NCBI RefSeq assembly: GCF_029144185.1
Contig: NZ_CP110232.1
Span: forward strand, 1,422,164-1,446,163
DNA length: 24,000 nt
From: Vagococcus intermedius
GTDB taxonomy: Bacteria > Bacillota > Bacilli > Lactobacillales > Vagococcaceae
Direction of reading: 5' to 3'
In this document: piece by piece, positions 9,402 through 17,843 of the stretch
Position numbering within the stretch: the first letter of the stretch is position 1
Layout: each line of letters begins with the position of its first letter
Program-made: the position numbers and the translations under genes
Notes under the pieces: generated by a model
Database searches by the model: none
What the model saw: the letters and a program-made list of their open reading frames with translations, nothing else
What the model was told of the DNA's origin: nothing

Positions 9402-9597
9402 ACCATAAGCCTCCTGCTTCTTTACTATTTTTATTAAAATAATTATAGCACGTTTTTTATTTGAAATAATTTTGATTTTTCGAGAAATTTTATTATTTTT
9501 TAGAAATAACACACACACTATTTTAACAAAACTCTTTTATGACAACCTTATTTATATTAATTAGCCGACTTTTTCATCAACATGTTAGATAGAAAAA

Positions 9598-9626
9598 TTG
9601 ACAGGTGACACTATGTCACCTATACT
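9598..9626 (+). promoter_or_regulatory. promoter with embedded operator upstream of the tetR-DUF2871 operon
   Basis: TTGACA (9598-9603), 17-nt spacer, TATACT (9621-9626). AGGTGACA-CTA-TGTCACCT (9603-9621), a perfect 8-bp inverted repeat, fills the spacer. Confidence 0.8.
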
Positions 9627-9680
9627 AGTACTAGTAACATTAATTCAATTGTAAGATCGATAGTTAGAAGGAGGAGTTAG

Positions 9681-10301
9681 ATGCCTAAAGAAACTTTTTT
9701 AAATTTACCAACACACAAAAAGGAACTTATTTTGAAGGCTGCACTAAAGGAATTTTCTCAATACAATATTCATGAAGCTTCTGTGGCTAATATTGTAAGA
9801 GATAGCAATATTTCACGCGGTAGTTTTTATAAATATTTTGTTGATATTGAAGACTTGTACTACTATCTTTATCACGAAATAACTTCTCAGGCTCATGGTA
9901 CGGTTATTGATGCCTTAAAATCAGCAAATGGCGATTTATTTCTTGGGTTAGAAAATTATTTAGCCGACTTAGTGACCGCTTTTTCAGAGGATAAGTATCA
10001 TGATTATTTTAAAGTAGTTACGTTAAATTTAAATTATGTTACTCAACGCAAGCTTGCTAAAAAAGAAACTAATTTGAAACCTACCAATCCTGTCGATTTT
10101 ACAAAACTCATTCAAACAGAAAAACTAACCATTACATCACAAGAAGACTTATTAGATTTCTTTAAAGTGTTTGTACCTGTAATCCATGAGTGTCTTAATG
10201 ATTATTTTGCTAATGATTGGCGTTATGAGCAATTAATGGAAGAATATCACCGCCGCATCAAGTGGTTAAAATATGGGATATTAAAAAAAGAAAATGAATA
10301 G
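9681..10301 (+). CDS. TetR/AcrR-family transcriptional regulator
   Basis: 206 aa; N-terminal HTH AALKEFSQYNIHEASVANIVRDSNISRGSFYKYFVDIEDLYYYLY; GGAGG RBS. Confidence 0.92.
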   Translation: MPKETFLNLPTHKKELILKAALKEFSQYNIHEASVANIVRDSNISRGSFYKYFVDIEDLYYYLYHEITSQAHGTVIDALKSANGDLFLGLENYLADLVTAFSEDKYHDYFKVVTLNLNYVTQRKLAKKETNLKPTNPVDFTKLIQTEKLTITSQEDLLDFFKVFVPVIHECLNDYFANDWRYEQLMEEYHRRIKWLKYGILKKENE

Positions 10302-10317
10302 GAGATTTTATTTAATT

Positions 10318-10731
10318 ATGAACAAATTAGTTAGAACCAGCGCTTTTTACACAATTTTAGGGTTAGCTCTAGGCGTTTTTTACCGTGAGTTTACCAAGAT
10401 GAACGATTTTACTGGAACAACACAATTATCAGTCACACATACTCATGCCCTAGTTTTAGGAATGTTGACTTTTTTGATTGTCTTACTATTAGAAAAAAAC
10501 TTTCAGTTATCACAGTTCAAACAATTTAACCGTTTTTATATTTTTTACAATATAGGTTTGTTGGTTACTTTAGTTATGTTAACTTTCCATGGTATTATGA
10601 CTGTTTTAGGCAACGAGACGGGACCTGCTATTTCAGGTATCGCTGGTTTAGGTCATATTATTATGACAATCGGATTATTTTTCTTGTTTCAAAGCCTTTC
10701 AAAAGCAGTAAAACTAATTGATAAAAAATAA
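10318..10731 (+). CDS. DUF2871-like small membrane protein
   Basis: Track ORF starts at 10294; ATG at 10318 is preceded by AGGAG. Four-helix protein with THTHALVLGMLTFLIVLLLEK...FHGIMTVLG. Confidence 0.75.
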   Translation: MNKLVRTSAFYTILGLALGVFYREFTKMNDFTGTTQLSVTHTHALVLGMLTFLIVLLLEKNFQLSQFKQFNRFYIFYNIGLLVTLVMLTFHGIMTVLGNETGPAISGIAGLGHIIMTIGLFFLFQSLSKAVKLIDKK

Positions 10732-10793
10732 TAACTACTCTATTTGATTGACCTTTTCACTATAAACGTTTAGCATTAAGGTATGGGTTACAA

Positions 10794-11441
10794 ATGAAAG
10801 GGATGGTTAATATGAAGATTGGAATTGTTGGTGCTACTGGCAAACAAGGAACACTATTGCTACTTGAAGCATACAAACGTGGACATGAGGTAACAGCTTT
10901 GATTCGTAATCAAGCTAAACTGGCTTATGAAGTCCCATATATTGAAAAAGAATTATATGATTTAACTGAGAATGAGGTCGCTAATTTTGATGTTATTATA
11001 GATGCATTTAATGCCCCTACTATCATGCCGCAACTTCATCAAACGTCACTACGTCACTTAACTAAAATTTTAAAACACAGTGATGCACGTTTATTTGTAG
11101 TAGGTGGTGCGGGGAGTTTAGCTACTGATTCATCACGTACAATCCAACTTTATGAAACGCCCGACTTTCCTAGTGACTTTTACCCAGTTGCCAAAAGTAT
11201 GGCTTTAGCTTTAGATGAATTAAAAAAAAGCCAACATACTACTTGGACATATATTAGTCCTGCTGCTGATTTTAGCGTTGAGGGTGACTTAACGAAAAAC
11301 TATCAATTATCAAATGATGTTTTAACGTTAAACAGTCAAGGTAAGAGTTATATTAGCTATGCTGATTATGCATTAGGATTTATGGACGTTATTGAAAAAG
11401 GTGGTTATGAAAACACTCATTTATCACTCGTTTCAAACTAA
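10794..11441 (+). CDS. NAD(P)-binding (NmrA/SDR-like) oxidoreductase
   Basis: MKIGIVGATGKQGTLLLLEAYKRGHEVTALIRN Rossmann motif; true start may be the internal ATG at 10812. Confidence 0.88.
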   Translation: MKGMVNMKIGIVGATGKQGTLLLLEAYKRGHEVTALIRNQAKLAYEVPYIEKELYDLTENEVANFDVIIDAFNAPTIMPQLHQTSLRHLTKILKHSDARLFVVGGAGSLATDSSRTIQLYETPDFPSDFYPVAKSMALALDELKKSQHTTWTYISPAADFSVEGDLTKNYQLSNDVLTLNSQGKSYISYADYALGFMDVIEKGGYENTHLSLVSN

Positions 11442-11443
11442 AA

Positions 11444-11473
11444 ACCAACTCAAATGAGTTGGTTTTTTTATTT
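11444..11473. terminator. intrinsic terminator
   Basis: AAAACCAACTCA aa TGAGTTGGTTTTTTT hairpin downstream of the oxidoreductase. Confidence 0.85.
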
Positions 11474-11548
11474 ATTGGTTGATTCCCGAAAAACTATTAA
11501 ATAGCTTACTGATTTTTGACTGTCTTTATTTGTTTAGCTCCATCATTA

Positions 11549-13387
11549 CTATTTTTTAGGTAAGACAATATTTTTATAAAGCTGTGCTGTTATCACATAG
11601 TATATTAAGTAAATAGCACCATATACCGCAAAAGGTAAGGCAATATAATTATATGGATTAGGAATAAAAACAGTAAACATTTTTAATCCCACTAAGACAT
11701 GCACGATTCCTAACACTGCTGGAGCTAAGAAAATAGCAAATAATTCTTGATGTAAGGATTTAATTAACAAATTACGACGGACACCAATCTTATGCAGCAT
11801 GTCATAACGCTTCACATCTTGATATGCTCCTGATAAAATCTTAAACATTAAACAACTAGCCAACATTGCTAAAAAGGCAATTCCTAAAAAGAAGCCCATA
11901 AACATAAAACCACTTGCCATACTTTGGATTTGTTGGTAAATATCATATTTGCTCATTGTAAAATCAGTTGTATTAAAACGTTGTTTTTCTAATTGATCAA
12001 TTTTTTTGAAAATATTAGCTTGTTTTTGATAATCTTTTACTCTAATTACCTGCACAAGCTCTTCTTTCACCTCTAAACTTTCAAAATTTGATTTAGGTAT
12101 GATTTGAAACTGACTATCATAAACACCGATATTAGAAGTAATGTATGGATTTAATAAATTGGAAAGTCCTTGGATCAAATTAAAATCATCATCATTCGCT
12201 ACTGAATAAACATGTGTCTCATCAAATTTAGAAACTTCATGGATATTTGGTGTAAATGTCACTTCAGATCCATTGTATTCTGTTACTTTAAGAGGCTGTT
12301 TCGCAAAATCTTCCTGGATAAAATATGTCACACCTTCTTTATTTTTAGTGTGATAAACTAATTTTTCTTCAATGTTTAATTGTGATACCTGCTTATTAAG
12401 TTCCGCAGTAGGATTATAAATAACGACATCGTTCGGCGTACTTTTCAGAACATCTCCAGCAAAGTTCCTAAAAGCTTGCCCCACTGTAACTGCTCCTAGA
12501 GATAAGGCTAACAACATGCTTACTAGTCCCAGTACTCTTGCTAGAGAAGTTGCCTTAAAACTAAGTTGAGATAAGGTAAAAATCCTAATACCTTTATTAC
12601 TGACAGCCCGTGAACTTTTTACTTGATTCACGACAAAAGGTACAAGGGCATTAAAGAATAAAAATGTTCCTGGTGTAATCGTAATAATCGCAATAAAAAC
12701 CCCAATAATTTGTAACGTTGACATATTAATCATACAGCCATAGCCAATGCCAATTAAGATAAGTGATAATAATATTTTTACAGCAGTTCTAACAGGTTGT
12801 TTCTTACTACGTTCAGATTTAGCTTCACTATACAGTAAATCAAGGGTACTCGTTTTTCTGAATTTCACAACATTTATGATACTTGTAACAATAAATAGGA
12901 TTACAAAAAATAAACTTGTGACCAATAAGGCCAGTGGTACAAATGATTCGTAAGTATTTGAAGGCAGATCGATTAATTGACTTAAGGTGCTCCCCATCAC
13001 TTTAGCCAAAAGTGTGCCAATGACCGTTCCAATCAGCAGAGAACACGCTCCGATGAACAATGTTTCGATCGCAATCATCTGTCCAATTTTACGTTTTTTT
13101 GCACCCAACATCATGTACATACCATATTCTTTTTTTCTCATAGATAATAGAAAGGAATTAGCATAAAAAATATAGACAACTGTGATAATCGCAAGTAAAA
13201 AGGCTCCTAATTGAAACACAATCGTAACCATCGCAACAGTCGGAATATTTTCTTCTAAAAATTTAGTATTTAATGATAACGTTTGAAACATATAAAAAAT
13301 AGCAATTGAGATGATCAGACCCATCATCAAAACTAAATAATCTTGCCAACGTTTTTTGACACTCGTTAGAGATAATTTTAACATCAT
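11549..13387 (-). CDS. ABC transporter permease, FtsX/BceB-like
   Basis: 612 aa, FtsX-type multi-TM layout (MKLSLTSVKKRWQDYLVLMMGLIISIAIFYMFQTL...SMRKKEYGMYMMLGAKKRKIGQMI); paired with ATPase. Confidence 0.88.
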   Translation of the reverse strand: MMLKLSLTSVKKRWQDYLVLMMGLIISIAIFYMFQTLSLNTKFLEENIPTVAMVTIVFQLGAFLLAIITVVYIFYANSFLLSMRKKEYGMYMMLGAKKRKIGQMIAIETLFIGACSLLIGTVIGTLLAKVMGSTLSQLIDLPSNTYESFVPLALLVTSLFFVILFIVTSIINVVKFRKTSTLDLLYSEAKSERSKKQPVRTAVKILLSLILIGIGYGCMINMSTLQIIGVFIAIITITPGTFLFFNALVPFVVNQVKSSRAVSNKGIRIFTLSQLSFKATSLARVLGLVSMLLALSLGAVTVGQAFRNFAGDVLKSTPNDVVIYNPTAELNKQVSQLNIEEKLVYHTKNKEGVTYFIQEDFAKQPLKVTEYNGSEVTFTPNIHEVSKFDETHVYSVANDDDFNLIQGLSNLLNPYITSNIGVYDSQFQIIPKSNFESLEVKEELVQVIRVKDYQKQANIFKKIDQLEKQRFNTTDFTMSKYDIYQQIQSMASGFMFMGFFLGIAFLAMLASCLMFKILSGAYQDVKRYDMLHKIGVRRNLLIKSLHQELFAIFLAPAVLGIVHVLVGLKMFTVFIPNPYNYIALPFAVYGAIYLIYYVITAQLYKNIVLPKK

Positions 13388-13392
13388 AGTAA

Positions 13393-14163
13393 CTACACCA
13401 AACTTTCTGAATCAAGTTCTAGTCCTGCTAATACAGCTAAAATTTCTTGATAAAATTCTTGTTGTGTACCCTCGCGATTAAGTTCTCGATAAATCAAGCC
13501 ATCTTGGATAAATAAAATTCGTTTGCAATAACTGGCGCTAACAGCATCATGCGTGACTAATAAGATAGTCGTTTGGTAGTCTTCGTTTAATCCTCTTAAA
13601 GCTCCTAATAAATTTTTAGCATTTTTTGAATCTAAAGCACCAGTCGGCTCATCGCCTAAAAGTAAGGCTGGATTATGAACTAGCGCTCTAGCTGCTGCTA
13701 CACGTTGTTTTTGCCCACCAGAAACTTCAGTTGGATAGTTATCTAATATACGTTCAATATCCAAAATTTTTGCAATATCTTGAATTTTTTTCTTGGTTTT
13801 AGTCATTGAAACACCTTGTAATGATAAGGGTAATCCTATATTTTGTTGCATCGTTAGATTTTCAAGTAAATTAAAATCCTGAAAAATAAACCCAATATTT
13901 TTTGCTCTAAAATCTGATAACTCACTCTCTTTTAACCCATTTAAACTAGATCCAGATATTTTAATGTCCCCACTAGTTGGACTATCTAAAGCTGATAAAA
14001 TATTTAATAATGTTGTTTTACCTGAGCCAGAAGGCCCCATGATGCCAACAAATTCGCCTTGAGATACTTCAAAAGAAATGTCTTTCAGTGCTTCATGCTG
14101 TTTTTCACCTTTTTTACCATAAACTTTTTTTATATGCGTTGCTTCTAAAACGGTTTTTTTCAT
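13393..14163 (-). CDS. ABC transporter ATP-binding protein, BceA-like
   Basis: Walker A GPSGSGKT, signature VSGGQKQR, Walker B LLLGDEPTGALDS. Confidence 0.93.
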   Translation of the reverse strand: MKKTVLEATHIKKVYGKKGEKQHEALKDISFEVSQGEFVGIMGPSGSGKTTLLNILSALDSPTSGDIKISGSSLNGLKESELSDFRAKNIGFIFQDFNLLENLTMQQNIGLPLSLQGVSMTKTKKKIQDIAKILDIERILDNYPTEVSGGQKQRVAAARALVHNPALLLGDEPTGALDSKNAKNLLGALRGLNEDYQTTILLVTHDAVSASYCKRILFIQDGLIYRELNREGTQQEFYQEILAVLAGLELDSESLV

Positions 14164-14316
14164 AATGATTGTTCCTCCATTTATTTAAGTGATAGACTTT
14201 TCTCACTTGACTTGATAATTATAGTTTACTAGGTATTTTGCCCTTAGGCGTGGGATATATCTTACAAAATAACTTTTCTATCTAACAATTTTGTCACATG
14301 AATAACAGGAAAAAAA

Positions 14317-14345
14317 AAAGAACTGAATTAATCAGTTCTTTTTAA
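14317..14345. terminator. intrinsic terminator of the SMR operon
   Basis: AAAAAGAACTGA attaa TCAGTTCTTTTT hairpin just after the minus-strand SMR stop. Confidence 0.8.
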
Positions 14346-14657
14346 CTATCCTAATATTTTTAAGGCCATCGTTGAAGCTAATATCAAACCAATACAAGCT
14401 AAACGTTTGACATCAGTTGAATCTTTATACAAAATAATCCCTACGATAGCTGTTCCAACTGTCCCAATTCCTGTCCAAATAGCATAGCCTGTTCCCATAG
14501 GAATTGTTTGTAGCGCATACGAAAGTAATAGTAAGCTACTTCCCATTGTAAAAAAAGCAAATAACAAAGCGCCTTTATTCCCTTCTGACAACCGTTTAAT
14601 ATTCCAAACACCTATTACTTCCATCAAGCCTGCTGCAACTAAAGCTAACCAATGCAT
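14346..14657 (-). CDS. SMR-family efflux subunit, YkkD-like
   Basis: 103 aa, 4 TM; MHWLALVAAGLMEVIGV...SLLLLSYALQTIPMGTGYAIWTGIGTVGTAIVGIILYK. Confidence 0.88.
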   Translation of the reverse strand: MHWLALVAAGLMEVIGVWNIKRLSEGNKGALLFAFFTMGSSLLLLSYALQTIPMGTGYAIWTGIGTVGTAIVGIILYKDSTDVKRLACIGLILASTMALKILG

Positions 14658-14993
14658 TTACTTGTCCCCCTTACTTGTATCAGTTTCAATTAACTTTAAA
14701 CCTAATATGCCTAAAATCAAAGTTCCCATAAAAACTAACTTTAAAAGAGAAACGGATTCATTGAAAAAGACAGCACCAACAATGATACTTCCTACCGAAC
14801 CTAAGCCGGCAAATACTGCATAAACAGTCCCAATGGGTAAATGTTTGACTGACGACGTTAGTAAATAAAAACTAACTACCACACCTATTGCTGTAAAAAA
14901 CCACTCTAATGGTGTGGAAGCGTGGGCTAGTCCACTGACCCATACCATTTCAAAGATTGATGCTACCACTACCTTTAACCATTCTTTTGTCAT
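14658..14993 (-). CDS. SMR-family efflux subunit, YkkC-like
   Basis: 111 aa; VVASIFEMVWVSGLAHA...LPIGTVYAVFAGLGSVGSIIVGAVFFNES; adjacent partner, typical of a paired SMR transporter. Confidence 0.88.
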   Translation of the reverse strand: MTKEWLKVVVASIFEMVWVSGLAHASTPLEWFFTAIGVVVSFYLLTSSVKHLPIGTVYAVFAGLGSVGSIIVGAVFFNESVSLLKLVFMGTLILGILGLKLIETDTSKGDK

Positions 14994-15010
14994 AAGACAC
15001 CTCTTAATTT

Positions 15011-15556
15011 TTAATTATTTTCTTTTGTCCATGAAATTAAGCGTTCTAAAAGATCTTCTCTTAATTTCGGTTCTAATGAGCTTGCTTTAAATAATTCACC
15101 ATAATATAATCCATCAATAGCTAAACGGATAATAGTTCCTAAAACAGGATCATAACCATCTGTTACTGCACGTTTTTGCATAAATTCAAGACTATCTGTT
15201 GCGACATCTGATTTTTGACTTGCTAAGGCCGCGGCAACTAAAGCATTGTTAATAGCTCGATCACTCGTCAAGTCTTCATCTGACACTTTGATTAGGGCGC
15301 GTGACCAAGCCCCTACTTGACCTTCCTCTTTTTTAGCCATATTTTCTATTTTATCTAAATAGTCTCGGTCTAACATTGTGGCAAGTTCGATTAAGAGTAA
15401 ATCCTTGTTAGGATAATAATGTGTCACTCCCCCTTTACTAAGACCTGCTTGCGCTGCTACTTCATCCAAGGTAATATCCATCAATCCTTTTTTAGCCAAT
15501 AATTCATTAGCGCTTCTTAAAATATGTTGTTTTTTTAATTCTGCTTTTGACATCAC
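15011..15556 (-). CDS. TetR/AcrR-family regulator of the SMR pair
   Basis: 181 aa; ILRSANELLAKKGLMDITLDEVAAQAGLSKGGVTHYYPNKDLLLIEL; first gene of the SMR operon. Confidence 0.9.
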   Translation of the reverse strand: MMSKAELKKQHILRSANELLAKKGLMDITLDEVAAQAGLSKGGVTHYYPNKDLLLIELATMLDRDYLDKIENMAKKEEGQVGAWSRALIKVSDEDLTSDRAINNALVAAALASQKSDVATDSLEFMQKRAVTDGYDPVLGTIIRLAIDGLYYGELFKASSLEPKLREDLLERLISWTKENN

Positions 15557-15595
15557 TTAACTCCTTACCATAATCTTTTATATAGAAAAGCGAAC

Positions 15596-15614
15596 AAAAC
15601 GACCAGTCGGTTTT
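15596..15614 (-). promoter_or_regulatory. candidate TetR operator upstream of the tetR-ykkC-ykkD-like operon
   Basis: AAAACGAC-CA-GTCG(g)TTTT near-perfect inverted repeat 40-60 nt upstream of the tetR start, beside TATATAAA. Confidence 0.55.
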
Positions 15615-15980
15615 TATTTTAGCAAGTTTTGCTAACTTAGTCAATTTATATTTTAATAGTTATTCCAAACTAGTCTAACTCCTATCATCTTCACTTTTAA
15701 GACTAAATTTATCATTAGAGTCCAGTAACTCTCTTAAAAAAACTAACTACTTAAGTTAACTTGATTTGTTTACTTATTAATTAAATAACTATGTATTTAT
15801 TAATCTCTTTACTGCCCATATGTCCCTCATTTTGATAAGTTTCCAACAATGAATAATTAAGTGAATAACCAACAGTTTTTATAAAAAAGATGGTAAATCA
15901 TACTTTTTTACCAATATAATTATTAAGTCTTAAAAAATAAGAGATAACCTTGCTAGCTAACTATCTTTAAAATTTAAGTC

Positions 15981-16009
15981 TTGACATAATTTTAAATCTA
16001 TGGGATAGT
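15981..16009 (+). promoter_or_regulatory. promoter of the T-box-nhaC transcript
   Basis: TTGACA (15981-15986), 17-nt spacer, GATAGT (16004-16009), just upstream of T-box stem I. Confidence 0.6.
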
Positions 16010-16023
16010 ATGACTCATATCTA

Positions 16024-16253
16024 ATTTCTTAAGTAAGTCCCAGTAGCTTCTCATTTTAGAGGATAGAGAGTTGACGGTCGGTGCAAGTCAATCAGAGTGA
16101 GCAGGTGAATTACAACTTACATGTCTTAAGAAATGGCTTGAGCGCCTTATCCCTCAAAAGAGAAAAGCCGATGCTTTAAAATTTGGGTGGTACCACGACA
16201 TAGTTCGTCCCTGTTAAATTCATTTATGATAATGAATTTAACAGGGACTTTTT
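16024..16253 (+). promoter_or_regulatory. T-box riboswitch, probable Tyr specificity
   Basis: Stem I base ATTTCTTAAG/CTTAAGAAAT plus TAAGT/ACTTA; AGTA and GGTGAA motifs; probable specifier TAC at 16111-16113; T-box GGGTGGTACCACG at 16185-16197; terminator 16207-16253. Confidence 0.93.
16207..16253 (+). terminator. T-box regulated terminator
   Basis: GTCCCTGTTAAATTCAT ... ATGAATTTAACAGGGAC perfect 17-bp stem followed by TTTTT. Confidence 0.93.
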
Positions 16254-16293
16254 GCATTTGCTAATTCTTTCTCACTAAAAAGGAGTTTTATTT

Positions 16294-16362
16294 ATGTTAT
16301 TAACCAGTGTGGGTGGTATCACAAGTTATCGTTTAGGTCAGGTTATAAAAATACTTACTTAA
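16294..16362 (+). CDS. possible 22-aa small ORF between the T-box and nhaC
   Basis: AAAAAGGAG RBS then ATG: MLLTSVGGITSYRLGQVIKILT*; no homology claimed. Confidence 0.3.
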   Translation: MLLTSVGGITSYRLGQVIKILT

Positions 16363-16384
16363 TCATAATTTGGAGGTTCTACTT

Positions 16385-17767
16385 ATGTCAAAAAAAATTA
16401 AATCGATTAGCTTCTTAGAAGCCTTACTTATTTTTACGATCATGATTGTACTTATCGGATCCAGCGTTATTAAATTTGGTCTTTCTCCCGTTAGTCCTAT
16501 TATTTTAACCATCAGTCTATTGATAGTCTGGGCACGTATTCGCCGCATTACTTGGAAAGATATTCACGTTGGCTTGGAGGATGGTGTTAAAACAGGGATT
16601 GTCCCAATTTTCATCTTTTTATTAATTGGTGCTTTAATTAGTAGTTGGATTGCTGCAGGTATTATTCCAGCTATGATGATTACTGGCTTCAAATTAGTGA
16701 ATATCAATTTCTTTGTTCCTTCAACTTTTCTAGTTTGTGCCATCATCGGGACTTCTATTGGAAGTGCCTTTACAACTGCTTCAACAGTCGGACTAGCCTT
16801 AATGGGAATGGGAATCACTCTTGGTTTTAATCCTGCCCTTGTTGCTGGAGCGATCATTTCAGGTGCTGTTTTTGGTGATAAAATGTCCCCCTTATCTGAT
16901 AGCACCAATCTTTCCGCTGCTATTGCCGGTGCTGACTTATTTAAGCACATCCGAAATATGATGTGGACAACTATTCCAGCTTTAGCCATTTCCTCGATTC
17001 TTTTCTTTTGGTTAGGTCGAAATATCTCAACGAGCGGAACGACTGATACCATTGAACAATTGACAACAACTTTAAATCAACATTTCTCGATTGGTTGGTG
17101 GTCAGCTATTCCTCTTATATTTATGTTAGGTTGCTCTTTATTTAAAGTTCCAGCTATTGCTACTTTATTAAGCAATATCATGATTTCATTTATCATCTTT
17201 TTAATACAGAAACCACAAACTAAATTAAGCGAAGTCGCCTCAATTATCGAAAATGGTTTTGTATCACAAACAGGAGTGCCCGATTTAGATACACTTTTAA
17301 GTCGGGGAGGGTTAGCTAGCATGTTGGGATCTGTCTCACTAATCATCTTAACTTTAGCCTTAGGTGGGATGTTAATGCACTTCGGCATCATTGAAGCGCT
17401 AATGAAACCTTTAACAACTAAACTAGTAAGTACTGCGTCATTAGTTATTGCTACCGTGATTGGTGGTATGATGACAAATATCATGATTGGTGAGCAATAC
17501 TTAGCAATTATTCTACCCGGTAAAGCTATCAAGCCTTCTTTTGATAAAAGTAACTTAGATCCAGTTGTACTATCACGAGCATTGGAAGACTCAGGAGCTG
17601 TTTTAAATGCTCTAGTCCCTTGGGGAGTAACAGGCGTTTTCATGGCCAATACCCTTGGTGTGCCCACGTTAAGTTACCTACCATTTAGTTTCTTCAATTT
17701 ATTATGTCCCGTTCTTTCAATTTTATCCGGATTGACTGGGATTGGTATTAAAATGAAAAAACAATAG
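16385..17767 (+). CDS. nhaC: NhaC-family antiporter (possible tyrosine-related transporter)
   Basis: Polytopic; GSAFTTASTVGLALMGMG, SGAVFGDKMSPLSDSTNL typical of NhaC; ATG at 16385 with GGAGG RBS (track ORF starts at TTG 16370). Confidence 0.88.
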   Translation: MSKKIKSISFLEALLIFTIMIVLIGSSVIKFGLSPVSPIILTISLLIVWARIRRITWKDIHVGLEDGVKTGIVPIFIFLLIGALISSWIAAGIIPAMMITGFKLVNINFFVPSTFLVCAIIGTSIGSAFTTASTVGLALMGMGITLGFNPALVAGAIISGAVFGDKMSPLSDSTNLSAAIAGADLFKHIRNMMWTTIPALAISSILFFWLGRNISTSGTTDTIEQLTTTLNQHFSIGWWSAIPLIFMLGCSLFKVPAIATLLSNIMISFIIFLIQKPQTKLSEVASIIENGFVSQTGVPDLDTLLSRGGLASMLGSVSLIILTLALGGMLMHFGIIEALMKPLTTKLVSTASLVIATVIGGMMTNIMIGEQYLAIILPGKAIKPSFDKSNLDPVVLSRALEDSGAVLNALVPWGVTGVFMANTLGVPTLSYLPFSFFNLLCPVLSILSGLTGIGIKMKKQ

Positions 17768-17797
17768 CTTACTCATACTAAACAACTAACACTTATT

Positions 17798-17841
17798 AAA
17801 ACAGCCGAGAGTTAATGCTTATTAACTCTCGGCTGTTTTTG
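17798..17841. terminator. bidirectional intrinsic terminator
   Basis: AAAACAGCCGAGAGTTAAT gctt ATTAACTCTCGGCTGTTTT perfect 19-bp stem between convergent nhaC and ABC operon. Confidence 0.92.
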
Positions 17842-17843
17842 AT

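Noticed and set aside
12747-12953. Plus-strand 68-aa ORF antisense to the FtsX-like permease
   Set aside because: No RBS and fully inside a conserved CDS.
15620-15980. AT-rich intergenic region before the T-box, including TGGTAAA...TTTACCA near 15885-15910
   Set aside because: No convincing ORF, RNA family motif or strong stem; treated as ordinary intergenic sequence.
16363-17667. Antisense or shifted ORFs within nhaC (16363-16548, 16564-17052, 16645-16830, 17077-17667)
   Set aside because: All lie inside the clear NhaC CDS. The long minus ORFs look like complement artefacts of a hydrophobic protein.
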